NCBI GenBank assembly: GCA_963776315.1 | Contig: CAVZMJ010000015.1 | Span: forward strand, 54,426-118,425 | Direction: 5' to 3' | DNA: 64,000 nucleotides | Origin: an uncultured Acidobacteriota bacterium | GTDB lineage: Bacteria; Acidobacteriota; Vicinamibacteria; Vicinamibacterales; 2-12-FULL-66-21 | In this document: positions 30,339 to 42,014 of the stretch, piece after piece | Position numbering within the stretch: the first letter of the stretch is position 1 | How the letters are laid out: each line of letters begins with the position of its first letter | Notes under the pieces: generated by a model | What the model saw: only the letters and a program-made list of their open reading frames with translations | Told to the model about the DNA's origin: nothing | Databases searched by the model: none | Position numbers and translations under genes: made by a program

Positions 30339-30853
30339 ATGGCAGATGAGGTCATCACACGGGAAGAATTGATCGATCGTTTGAACGAGGACCTTGCCAG
30401 GGAATACCAGGCGATCATCGCCTACGTCGTCTATTCGCAGGCGCTCAAGGGCGCCGCCTACATGAACATCGCCGCGGAGCTGGAAGTGCACGCGGGCGAG
30501 GAGCTGCAGCACGCGATCACCATTGCGCGCCACATCGACTACCTCGGCGGGATGCCGACCGGGAGCGCGAAGCCGGTCGTGCTCAGCGACAAGGCCGAGG
30601 TGATGCTGAGGGCCGACCTCGAGAACGAGAACGACACCGTCAGGAACTACCGCGAGCGCCTGAAGCAGTGCGAAGCGCTGCAGGAGTACGCGATCGCTGA
30701 GGACATCCGCGAGATCCTGCGCCAGGAACAGGAGCACCAGATAGATCTGGCGACGGCGCTCGGCGAGGACGTGCCCGATGTCTCGCGCCTGAAGAAGGCT
30801 GGGAAGAAGGCTGGGAAGAAGGCTGGGAGAAATCCGGCAAGAAGAAGCGGTAA
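30339..30853 (+). CDS. Ferritin-like (bacterioferritin-related) protein with Lys-rich C-terminal tail; 1-nt deletion at ~30828
   Basis: E..AI..Y, EELQHA, ADLENE, EQEH ferroxidase ligands; restoring one A gives KKAGKKAGKKAGKKSGKKKR-stop. Confidence 0.88.
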
Positions 30854-30863
30854 CGCGCCGGCG

Positions 30864-31877
30864 TTACTGCCTCACGTACTTCTTGATCATCTTCGGGCCG
30901 ACTTCGGCCCCGAAGATGTTGCCTTGCGCGTCGGCGGCCACGCCTTCGGCGCCGCTCGTCGCAGAGGCGTCCGGCTTTTCCTCAGGGTCGGGTATGAAGG
31001 CCGTCACCTTGCCGTCGCGCACGCTGCCGACCCGGATGCCCCGCTTCCAGCCCGGGTTGCGCTTGGTGTTCGACTCGGAATCAGCGCCGTAGAGGATGTC
31101 GTTCCTGTCGATATAGATGCCGCTCAGCCGGCTGAACTGCTTCCACTCGTCGATGAACTTTCCGTCCTGGTCGAAGATCTGCAGCCGGTTGTTCGCGCGA
31201 TCGGCGACGAACAGCCGCCCCTTGGAATCGAACGCCAGGCCGTGCGGGACGCTGAACTCGCCGGGCGCCGCACCGGGTTTGCCCCAGGTCTTGATGAACT
31301 TTCCGTCCTTTGTGAACTTCATGATGCGCATGTTCGAGCCGGCATCGTGTCCGTCGGCCACGAAGATATCGCCGTTTGGCGCGACCACCACATCGGACGG
31401 CTGATTGAGCTCGTCCAGCCCCGCGCCGGCGACGCCGGCCTTGCCGAGCGTCAGCAGGATCTTGCCCTCGGGGCTGAACTTGAAGACCTGGTGCCCCTTG
31501 CCGTCCTTACCTTGGCCGTCGGTCACCCAGATGTTGCCGTCTCTGTCGATATGAAAGCCGTGCGGGAAGACCATCAGTCCTGCGCCGAAGGTCTTGAGCA
31601 GTTTGCCCGACGGATCGAACTCGAGGATGGGCGGCACGTTCGAGCCGGCGCAGGTGTTGGCGCCGCAGCGCTCGGCGACCCAGACGTGGCCGTTCGGCGC
31701 GACGTCGACGGCGCTGGTCGAGCCCCACGCTCTGCCGTCCGGCAACTGACCCCATTTTTCGATCGTGGTGTAGGGATTCGGCTGACCGGTGATCGATGCG
31801 CCTGCGCCGGCGATCAGCGCGGCTGCCACGGCGATCGGTGCCCATGTCGGCCAAGTAAGTGCTTCTGTCGCCTGCAT
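30864..31877 (-). CDS. Secreted NHL-repeat beta-propeller (PAL-like)
   Basis: FPHG..D.DGNIWVTD, QPSDV, PHGLAFD, VADRANNRLQIFD. Confidence 0.9.
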   Translation of the reverse strand: MQATEALTWPTWAPIAVAAALIAGAGASITGQPNPYTTIEKWGQLPDGRAWGSTSAVDVAPNGHVWVAERCGANTCAGSNVPPILEFDPSGKLLKTFGAGLMVFPHGFHIDRDGNIWVTDGQGKDGKGHQVFKFSPEGKILLTLGKAGVAGAGLDELNQPSDVVVAPNGDIFVADGHDAGSNMRIMKFTKDGKFIKTWGKPGAAPGEFSVPHGLAFDSKGRLFVADRANNRLQIFDQDGKFIDEWKQFSRLSGIYIDRNDILYGADSESNTKRNPGWKRGIRVGSVRDGKVTAFIPDPEEKPDASATSGAEGVAADAQGNIFGAEVGPKMIKKYVRQ

Positions 31878-31927
31878 GGCGCGTCAGTATACTGCAGGCG
31901 ACACAGGGTAACGACGCGATCCGAGAC

Positions 31928-34316
31928 ATGAGCAGGCAGTCGATCGAGGCCATCCGGCAGGACGCGCGCTATGCCCTTCGTGTCATGCGCAAGAGCCCGG
32001 CGTTCACCGCCCTCGCGGTTGTGACCCTGGCGCTCGGCATTGGCGTGAACGTCGCGTCGTTCGCGGTGGCCTACGGCATTCTCATTCGCCCTCTCCCGTA
32101 CCGGCAACCCTCGAGGGTCGTCGTCCTGAACTTGCTCTTCGCTGATGGCAATGACCAGGGATTCTCGCCACGAGCGCTTCGAGATTGGTTGCCTCGGCTG
32201 CGGACCGTCGACGTGGCGGCCGCGTACTGCAGGCGTGAGGTCACTGTCCGGTCGGGTGAGCACGCCACCGTCGTGCCCGCTGCGCTCGTCACGGACCGGT
32301 TCTTCGAGGTACTGGGGACGCCAGCTGAATTCGGGTCCGCGCGCGTCGGCGCCGACACCGCGGAAGCCGTGGTCGGCGGGCGGGCGGCGAGTCAGATTCT
32401 GCGCGAGGCGCCCTTGGCCGCGGTGGGCGCCGTCTTGTCAGTCAGTGACAGGAGCCGGACGATCAATGGAATCATGCCGTTCGACTTCGCTTTCCCTGAC
32501 GATCAGACCGGTCTATGGCTGCCGTCGCAGGTGTTGAAGCCGGACGCCAGGCCGGAAGGCTCGGGGTACTCACGGATCGTGGCGCGTCTCAAGCCGGGAG
32601 TGACGCTCGCTCAAGTCCGCGACGATGCAGACCGAGTACGCCTCGAGCTCAACCCCAAGAGCAGCGACACCGTCACGATCGCAGTTCTTGGTGAGTCGGT
32701 CGTCGGAGGCATGGGCCAGTTGCTGATGGTCGTGCTCGCTGGTTCGATGCTGGTACTGCTCGTCGCCTGCGCGAATGTGGCCACGCTGTTCATCGGCCGC
32801 GATGTCGCCCGCCAGCGGGAGCTCGCTGCGCGCATGGCGCTTGGCGCAACGGCAGCTCAGCTCGTCCGCGGTGTCGGCGTCGAGACGTTGCTGATAGCGA
32901 TGATGGCGTCACTAGTAGGGATGGCGGTGGGAGCCGCCACACTCGAGGTGTTTCTGAAGCTGGCCTCCGGCACTATTTCAGGGCTTCATCGCGTCGACGT
33001 GGGGCTCCCCGTTGCCACAGCCACAGCCGTGTTGACAATAGCCGTGACGGTGCTCTGTGGAATGGTGCCGGCGTGGCATGCGGCTCGGGCTGACGTCAGC
33101 CCGTTCCTGCGCGCGAATACTACCTCGAGTCCTCGCGCCTGGCGCGTCCGCTTTGCGCTGGTCGTCGCGCAGATCGCCCTTTCATGCGTGTTGTTGATCG
33201 GAGCCGGATTGCTGGCCCGCACGGTGTCGGTCCTGACGCAGGAAGATCACGGGGTTCAGCCCAGGGGCGTGGTCGAGGCGAAGGTCGTGCTCTCGGACAC
33301 GGTGCTGTTTCGCGGGAGCGGACGTGAGTCGTTCGTGACCCTCCTGCTCGAGCGCGTTCGAGCAATGCCAGGCGTCCAGCACGCAGGGTTCGGAACGAAT
33401 CTGCCGCCGCGCCCGGCGCTGGTCACCATGGCCGTCGACTTCGTCTCCGACGACAGCAAGGAGCGCCGGTTCATGAAGGTTGGTTCCGCTACTCCGGGTT
33501 ATCTTCGAGCGATGGGCGCGCAGTTTGTCGGCGGCCGGGACTTTGACGCCGCTGACGCCGGGTCCGGAGCGGCGGTGGTGATCTTGAGCGAATCGGCCGC
33601 GCGTTTCTACTTTGCAGCCGAAGACCCGGTGGGGCGGACCATATCTCGACTGCCGTCGGTCTTTGGAATGACGGCAAACCCAAGGGTGGTCGGCGTCGTT
33701 CGGGATATCAAGTACCGAGGGACTGGATTCGCCCGCGACCAGTGCGATCTACATCCCATGGGGTCTCCGTCCCTTCGGGAGTGGCTACCTGGTTGTTCGA
33801 ACCGCCGGCGATCCGACGCGACTGGCCGCCGACATACGGCGCACGGCTCAAGCACTCGATTCCACGGTGCCTGTTCCGGAGGTGCAGTTGCTGGAAGATG
33901 CAATGGCCCAATCGATCGCGAATCGTCGAGTTCGCGCCCTGCCGGCGGTCGGCTTTGGTCTGCTGGCAGTCGGTGTGGCCTTTGTCGGCCTGCTCGCCAC
34001 ACTGACGACGCTCGTTGCCGAGCGGCGGCGGGAGCTTGCGATTCGCTCGGCGCTCGGCGCATCTCCAAGGCAACTCGCGCGGAGGATTCTGGGCCATGGA
34101 ATGGCGTTGACCATCGTCGGCCTGGCCGTGGGTCTCGGTCTCGGCAGCGCCGCGGCGCGGGGCTTGTCCACTCTCTTATATCGTGTCAGCCCGTTCGACC
34201 TGATGACGTTCGCAGGCGCCGCACTCGTGATTGGCGGGGGAGCGATGCTGACGACGTACCTCGCGGCGTTTCGGGCGCGCAGCATCGATCCGCTCGTGGT
34301 GCTGAGGGACGAATGA
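31928..34316 (+). CDS. ADOP-type permease 1 of tandem array, frameshift at ~33716
   Basis: [49 protein letters not shown]. Confidence 0.87.
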
Positions 34317-34371
34317 GCTGGCGACGAGACGCTTTCCGAGGTATGAGTGCAGAAGGCTCTTCGGTGGGATT

Positions 34372-36842
34372 GTGATCAGAGATCTTCTCAGCGATCTCCG
34401 GTATTCGCTTCGCATGCTGAGGCGGAGCCCCGTTTTTAGCATTACGGCTGTCGCCGCGCTCACCCTGGGAATCGGCGCCAATACGGCTATCTTCACAGTT
34501 GTCAATGCGGTGTTGTTGAAGCGGCTGCCCTATCCGGATTCCGATCGCATCGTCATCTTCACTACGCGTACCCCGGCCGGCTCCTTTGCAGGTGCATCCA
34601 CCACGAAGCTCAACATTTGGAAGGAGAGGGCGGAGCCTTTCGAGACGTGTCGGGCTATCGTTTTCGGTTTTCTCAACCTGCGTGGCGGCGCGAAGACCGA
34701 GCAGATTTCCGTTGGTGAGGTCAGTACCGATTTCTTCCGACTATTCGGGGCGTCGTTCGAGCGCGGACGCGCGTTCACCGCCGACGAACAACGGCCTGCG
34801 GGTGGCCACGTCGCCATCCTCAGTGCCGGGTTCGTGCGGCGCCACTTTGGCCTCAACACGAACCCGGTGGGTCAGACGATCCGGCTCGACCGCGATGCCT
34901 ACGACATCGTGGGAGTGTTAGATCCAGCCTTCGATGGAGAGACGCTGGCCGGACCTGTGCTGGGGACTCCCGATGTCTGGATTCCTCTTCAACTTGATCC
35001 GAGTAGCCGCGATCAGACCAACAACATGGTCGCTGCGGCTCGACTCGTCGCAGGAACGACCGTCGAGGGCAGCAAATCGCAACTCGAACGTGCGACGCAG
35101 CAGTTTCGACGGATATTCCCAGGGATCATCGGGCCGAACGATACGTTCAACGTCGAGATTCTCCGAGACTCGATGGTTCAGGACGTGCGGCGATCCCTGC
35201 TGGTGTTTCAAGGGGCCGTCGGGTTCGTCTTGCTGATAGCCTGCGCGAACGTTGCCAGCCTGTTGCTCGTACGATCGACCGCGCGCGCGCGAGAGATTGC
35301 CGTCAAGGCCGCTCTTGGCGCTGGTCGAAGCCGAATTGTGCGGCAGTTGCTTACCGAGAGTCTCGTCCTGTCGACACTTGGCGGAGTGCTCGGACTCACG
35401 CTCGGCATCCTGGGTATGGAAGCGCTGGCGGACTGTACCCCGGGAATCTTGCTTGGATTGGCAGGGTCGGCTCGAGCGCGGTCGATAAAGAAGTCCTCGG
35501 ATTCACCACCCTCGTGACGGTGATGACCGGCATCCTCGCGGGACTGTTTCCAGCATTGCACGCGTCTGGCTTCGATCTCAATCTGGCGTTGAAGGAGAGC
35601 AATACGCATGCCGGCAGCGGGGCGCGCCACGACAAGGTTCGCTCGCTGTTGGTCGCCGCGGAAATCGCTCTCGCCTTGGTACTCCTGGTTGGTGCGGCAC
35701 TGCTGGCGCGAACGTTTCTTGCGCTGCGTGCCGTGAACCCGGGCTTTGATCCCAACGGCGTGCTGACGCTCCGCATGTCGCTCGACGACCCAGGTCTCAC
35801 TGGCACAGCGGGAGTCGCACAGCTTGTCCGTGGTGCCATTCAGCGGCTCAGCACGGTGCCAGGGGTAATGGTCGCGAGCGCGTCGTGTTGCATGCCCATG
35901 GAGAACGATCTGCGCCTGCGCTTCCTGATCGTCGGCCGTCCGCTCGAGGGGGCCTACCACGGGATGGGCAGCTGGCGTTCGGTCTCGCCCGGGTATTTCG
36001 ACGCGCTGAAGATTCCGCTCGTTCGTGGCCGTCTCTTCACCGAGCGCGATCGACTTGGCGCACCTGGCGTCGTCCTCGTCAACCAGACGATGGCCCGTCA
36101 ATTGTGGCCCGGTGGCGATCCACTCAACGACAGTCTCCTGATCGGGAAAGGACTCGGCCCGCAGTTCACCTCGGAGCCGACTCGTCGGATTGTCGGGATC
36201 GTCGGCGATGTCCGCGACGCCGCCCTGGACAGCGAGCCGCGACCAACGACGTATGTGCCTATCGCACAGCTTCCCGATGGGGTCATGGAAAAGACGATGG
36301 GCCCGCTTCCTCTCACGTGGATTGTCCGGACGTCAGGCCAATCCCAGGGGCTGAGTCGTAGGATTCAAGATGAGCTGGAGCGCGACAGCAGCCTGCCGGT
36401 AACGGATGTCCAGTCACTTTCAGCGATCATGCGGGGTGCGACCTCTGACAGCAATTTCTATTTCACGATCATGGGCGTTCTCGGCGGAGCAGCGCTGGTG
36501 CTCGCGGCAATCGGGTTGAACGGAGTCATGAGGTATGCGGTGCAGCAGCGCACGAAGGAGATTGGCGTCCGCATGGCGCTAGGCGCTGAACCGACAGACG
36601 TCAGAAACATGATGGTGTCGCAAGCGATGCGGCTGACCCTTGTCGCCATTGGGATTGGTCTCGTCGGCGCATTCGCGTTGACACGCTTGATGACCAACTT
36701 TCTGTTCGGCGTTACGGAACGCGATCCACTTGTGTTTGTCGCCGTGCCGGTTGTCGTGTTCGTGGTCGCCTTCGTGGCGGTGTGGTTGCCGGCGCGCACC
36801 ATTGCGGGATTGGATACGATTCGGGCACTTCGCTCTGAGTGA
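34372..36842 (+). CDS. ADOP-type permease 2 of array, frameshift(s) at ~35430-35515
   Basis: [45 protein letters not shown]. Confidence 0.87.
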
Positions 36843-36931
36843 GCCAGACGGACAATCGGCGCGCTCAAGGCGATCGGCGTTCGAGCCCCCGCTCTGCCGA
36901 GTCTCGCCGTTGGTCGCATAGAGGTGCTCCC

Positions 36932-39375
36932 ATGACACTCGCGACAGATTTCAGGTCGGCCTCCAGGAACGTGCGTCGCGGCGGCTGGTTGTCGGCGACC
37001 GTCGTGTTGATCCTCGCCGTGGCCATCGGAGCCGTCACCGCGATCTTCAGCATCGCGCATGCCGTCCTGATCAGGCCGCTGCCGGTCGTCGAGCCCGACC
37101 GCGTCATGCTCCTGTGGGGGCGCGACGATGCCCGTTCGCAGCAGGTCGTGGAGGTGTCGGTGCTGGATCAGCGCGCGTGGCTGGCCGGCCAGAAGAGCTT
37201 CACGGCGATCGAGCTGTTCGGATCGGTCAACTGGGGCGAACTGCACGTCACGGGCCCGGGACAGCCGTTCCGCGCCGTGCAGAACGCGGTGTCGCCGGGA
37301 TTCTTCGACGTGCTCGGCGCACGGCCGATGCTCGGGAGGACCTTCCGCCCCGCGGACGATCTTCGCGGTGCACGGCCGACGGTGGTGTTGAGCGCAGACG
37401 TCTGGCGGCAGCAGTTTTCGTCCGATCCCTTCGTCGTCGGACGGCTGCTGACCGTCGGTACGGGAGCGAAGGCCGTTGCCGTCGAAGTGATCGGCGTCAT
37501 GCCGCCGGACTTCCGCATTCCCGCCGGTGCTCAGGTGTGGACGGCACTTGGCCCGGCACTGGCGGGCGCGGAGAACGTGCGGGCGATGTACGCGCTCGGC
37601 CGCCTGGCGCCCGGCGCAACCGTCGAAAACGCCGTCGCCGAGCTCTCGACCATCGCTCGCAACGAAGAGTTGAAGAATGGGATGGCGAACACGTCGATGG
37701 CGGTGGTGGCGACCCCGTTGATGACGCACTTGCTCGGTCCCTCTCGTCCGGCGCTGCTCGCCATCGCTGGCGCCTCGGGCGCGCTGCTGCTGATTGCGTG
37801 CGCCAACGCGGCAGCGCTGCTGCTGGTTCACGGCGCGTCAAGGACGCGCGAAGTGGCCGTGAGATTCGCCCTCGGAGCGCGCCGGCTGCAGATCGTTCGG
37901 CAACTGTTCTGCGAATCGATCGTGCTGTCGCTGGTCGCAAGCGTCCTGGGTGTCGGTCTCGCGTACGTGAGCTTCAGTGCGATCGTGTCGCTCGCTCCGA
38001 TCGAGGTGCCTCGCCTCGACGAGGCAACGATCGACGTCCGCGCGTTGCTGTTTGCGCTGGTCCTGTGCCTGGGGACCGCGGTCATGGTCGGGCTCCTGCC
38101 CGCATGGCGTCACAGCGGCGCCGCGCCCGTCGCCGGACTTCTCGAGCGTTCGCGGTCGGCGACCGCGGCAACCTCTTCCGCGCGCGCACGCAAGCTCCTG
38201 GTGGCGGCGCAACTCGCGGCGGTGGTGGTGCTGCTGACGGCTGCCGGACTGTTCATCCGCAGTTTCAACGCGCTCCTTCGACTCGATCTCGGCTTCGATC
38301 CGCAGGGCGTGCTGACGTTCAACCTCGGATTCTCGGAAGAGAAGCACGATACGAAGGAGAAGCAGTGGGCGCTGGTCGACGCCGTGCTCGACAGCGCACG
38401 GCAGCTGCCGGGAGCGATTGCCGCCGGCGCCGTGTTTCAGCGGCCCTTCGCGCATGGCGCGATCGGCATGGACACCAACGTCATCATCGAAGGGCAGCCG
38501 CTCGCCTCCGAGAGTGCGAGCCGTAACCCGATACTCAACTGGGAAGTTGCCACGCCGGATTATTTCCGCGCCATGGACATTCGATTGCTGCAGGGCAGAC
38601 TCTTCGACGAGCGCGACACCGTAAAGTCGCCGCTGGTGGTCATCGTCGGGCAGTCGCTGGCCGCGCGGCTGTGGCCGGGACAGGATCCGATAGGCAGGCG
38701 CATGCTGACAGAAGCCCAGGAAGGAAAGGAGCCACCATGGCAGACGGTGGTCGGGGTCGTTGAAGATGCCAGGTATCGCGAAGTCGAGACGCCGCGGTTC
38801 GATCTGTATCTGCCGTACCGGCAGGCGCCCAATCCGGTCCAGCACTTCATGGTGCGCCTGTCGGGCGATCCGCTTGCGGCGGTTCCGGCTCTGACGGAGC
38901 GCCGTCGCCGCGCTCGATCCCGAGGCGAGGGTCGACGGAATCTCGACGATGGAGGAGGTCGTCGGCCGGGCATTCGCGCCGTGGCGGTTCAGCAGCATCG
39001 TCGTTTCCGCGTTCGCGGCGATCGCCTTGACGTTCGCCGCGGTCGGAATTGCCACGCTGGTGGCCTTCGCGGTGACCGCAGCGCACACGCGAGATCGGCG
39101 TCCGAGTCGCGCTCGGCGCGCAGACCCGCGACGTCGTCGTACTCGTCGCGAGCGAGGGCGCTTGGGTTGCGCTGGCAGGACTCGCCATCGGCGTGCTCGC
39201 CGCGTGGATCCTGCGACGGTCGGTTGAGTCGATGCTGTTCGGCGTCGCGCCGGACGACACCCTGACGTTCGGCGGCGTGGCGCTGCTGCTTGGCGTCGTG
39301 TCCGTGTTGGCCGCCTATCTGCCGGCGCGAAGCGCCGCACGCATCGATCCGGCCGCGGCCCTGCGCGCGGAGTAG
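36932..39375 (+). CDS. ADOP-type permease 3 of array, frameshifts at ~38897 and ~39085
   Basis: LAVAIGAVTAIF, LLIACANAA, DLGFDP, IDPAAALRAE. Confidence 0.87.
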
Positions 39376-39515
39376 CGCGCGTCGTAGGGAGTGGATTCAT
39401 GCTCAAGCGCCATGGTTCACGGGGAGAGTGGGCCCGTCTTCAACGCAGTTGGAGCGCACCTGAGGTCCCTCGCGAAGTAGAGCTACCATTACGTAGACGA
39501 TTGTCGAAGGGGGCC

Positions 39516-41954
39516 ATGGCGCTCAGCGAGTACGTCGGGGAGCTGCGGCAGGATGTCGGCTATGCGCTGCGCCTGCTGCGACGCGCGCCCGGTTTTGCCG
39601 CCGTCGCGATTGCCACGCTCGCGCTGGGCATCGGGGCGAGCACGTCAATGTTCACCATCGTCGATGCCGTCCTCCTGCGTCCCCTGAGATTCGCTGAACC
39701 GCAGCGGCTGGTCATGATTCAGCCCACGTCGGGTTCGCGTCTTTCCTCGTCATATCTCCACCACTGGCGTCTCCAGAGCCGGGCCTTCAACGATATGGCC
39801 GGGTGGCAGGATGTGCGCGTGAACCTCACGGGTCGCGGTGAACCCCTCGAAGTGCTGGCCGACCAGGTCACATCGAATTTCTTCGCCATGCTTGGCACTC
39901 CCGCCATCGTCGGCCGCACCTTCATCTCCGGAGCGGAACTGAGCCACGTCGAGCCAGAAGTCGTCTTGAGCCACGGATTGTGGCGGCGGCGATTCGAAGG
40001 GGATCCGGATGTGGTCGGCAAGTCGATCGTGCTCGACGGAGACAGTTTTACGGTCGTCGGGGTCATGCCGGACGGCTTCACGATACGGACCACCGAGTTG
40101 TCCGAATCACACGCGGAGCTCTGGATGCCGCTGCGATTGGTCCTCGACGATCGCGACGGCATGGGAGGCAGCCTCAATGTTGTCGGCCGCCTTGCGCCGG
40201 GTGTCACGCGGGACCAGGCGCAAGCAGACCTCACGATGATCGCCCGGCAGATTGAAGCGATGCATCCGTCCTACAGTCGTGATTGGGGAGTTGGCGTGAC
40301 TCCTCTACTCGCAGCCACGGTGAGAGACGTCCGCCTGACACTCCTGGTGCTGTTCGGGGCGGTCGGAATCCTGTTGCTGATCACGTGCACCAACGTGGCG
40401 AACCTGCTCTCGAGCCGGGCCGCCAGACGCCAAACGGAGCTGGCCATCCGGTCCTCGCTCGGCGCGTCTCGCGGCCGGCTGGCTCGGCAATCCCTGACGG
40501 AAAGCTTCGTTCTCGCGGTTGTCGGAGGCCTGCTCGGTGTGGTATTGGCGGTCTGGGGAACGCAGCTGCTCATATCCGTTATCCCCGCCGGCCTGGACCT
40601 TCCGCGCACGCGCGAGATCCGTGTCGACCTGCGAATCCTCGCCTTCGCGTTCCTCGTCACGGTTCTCACTGCTGTTGTCTTCGGACTGGTGCCTGCGATC
40701 GCCTCGGCACGATTGGCCTCGCATCCTCACCTCCGCGAGGCGACGCGCGGATCTTCGGCGGGTCGCGGTCGCAACCGCCTTGGCAGCATCGCGATCGTGT
40801 CGCAGGTGGCGCTGGCGGTGATCCTGCTCGTCGGTGCCGGTCTTCTCGGACGCAGCTTCTGGAAACTGACTGAAGTGCAGTCTGGATTCCAGCCGGACCA
40901 GGTCCTTACGATGCGGACCACTCTCCCTGCGTCGAGGTACGATTCCGATGGCCGCATCCGTGCCTTCGGCAGCGAGCTCCTCGAGCGCATCAGGAATCTC
41001 CCAGGCGTTCACGCGGTCGGCTTTGTCAGCTACCTTCCCATGAGCAGCGTTGGTCGAGCGGGCTTTTTCGATATCGAAGGGCGTCCACCGATCCGCTCCG
41101 GAGACCGCCCCAGCTCATGGATCAACGTTGTTGGCGGGCGGTTTTTTGACGCGATGGGAATTCCTCTGCTTCGGGGGCGTTTTCCCGGTGCCGCGGACAC
41201 CGCGACGACTGAGCCAGTCTTCGTCATCGACGAGAGACTCGCGCGCCTCTACTGGCCGGATGAGGATCCGATCGGCAGACGTCTCGTCTGGGGCAGCGTT
41301 GCGGGTCGAGGGATGTCAGGCGAGATCGTCGGCGTCGTGGGGAGCGTACGCTGGATTGGCGTGGCCACCAGTCCCCAACCGACAACCTATTTCTGGTTTC
41401 CGCAGGATCCCGGCCGCGAACTCACGATCGTCGCACGCACCGTGGGGAATCCCGCTGACATGGCCACCTCCATCGCGGCGCAGGTCATGGCGCTCGATCC
41501 CAACCAGCCGGTTGCCGAGATTCGGCCGATGCGAGACTTCGTGTCCGCCGACCTCGCGCGCCCGCGATTCACGATGCTGCTCCTCGGCGGTTTCGCCGCC
41601 GCGGCGCTCCTGTTGGCGGCCATCGGCGTCTACGGCGTGATCGCCTTTGGGGTGACGCAGCGGACGCGGGAAATCGGTGTCCGCATCGCCCTCGGCGCCG
41701 AGCGTCGCGATGTGCTCCGATTGGTCATGCAGCGCGCTACGCTTCTCATCGGAACCGGGCTCGCCATCGGGATCGCGGCGGTGTTGGTTCTGGGCCGCTT
41801 CGTGGCAAGCCTGGTGTACGGGATCACGCCGAACGATCCTGCGACTCTAGTTGCGATCGCGGTCTTTCTGGCCGCCGTCGCGATCCTTGCCACCTACCTG
41901 CCCGCTCGCGGCGCCGCGCGGGTGGATCCGATGCTGGCGCTGAGAGCCGAGTGA
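39516..41954 (+). CDS. ADOP-type permease 4 of array (intact; alternative start 39399)
   Basis: QDVGYALR, TLALGIGAS, RTREIGVRIALGA, VDPMLALRAE. Confidence 0.92.
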   Translation: MALSEYVGELRQDVGYALRLLRRAPGFAAVAIATLALGIGASTSMFTIVDAVLLRPLRFAEPQRLVMIQPTSGSRLSSSYLHHWRLQSRAFNDMAGWQDVRVNLTGRGEPLEVLADQVTSNFFAMLGTPAIVGRTFISGAELSHVEPEVVLSHGLWRRRFEGDPDVVGKSIVLDGDSFTVVGVMPDGFTIRTTELSESHAELWMPLRLVLDDRDGMGGSLNVVGRLAPGVTRDQAQADLTMIARQIEAMHPSYSRDWGVGVTPLLAATVRDVRLTLLVLFGAVGILLLITCTNVANLLSSRAARRQTELAIRSSLGASRGRLARQSLTESFVLAVVGGLLGVVLAVWGTQLLISVIPAGLDLPRTREIRVDLRILAFAFLVTVLTAVVFGLVPAIASARLASHPHLREATRGSSAGRGRNRLGSIAIVSQVALAVILLVGAGLLGRSFWKLTEVQSGFQPDQVLTMRTTLPASRYDSDGRIRAFGSELLERIRNLPGVHAVGFVSYLPMSSVGRAGFFDIEGRPPIRSGDRPSSWINVVGGRFFDAMGIPLLRGRFPGAADTATTEPVFVIDERLARLYWPDEDPIGRRLVWGSVAGRGMSGEIVGVVGSVRWIGVATSPQPTTYFWFPQDPGRELTIVARTVGNPADMATSIAAQVMALDPNQPVAEIRPMRDFVSADLARPRFTMLLLGGFAAAALLLAAIGVYGVIAFGVTQRTREIGVRIALGAERRDVLRLVMQRATLLIGTGLAIGIAAVLVLGRFVASLVYGITPNDPATLVAIAVFLAAVAILATYLPARGAARVDPMLALRAE

Positions 41955-42014
41955 GGCTGCCAGAAGATCAAGGTTGCGGCGCACTGATCCCGGGCGGTGA
42001 GATAAGCTCTCACC

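Noticed and set aside
30339-31931. 530-aa ferritin fusion ORF
   Set aside because: Read-through from a 1-nt deletion into the antisense of the NHL gene
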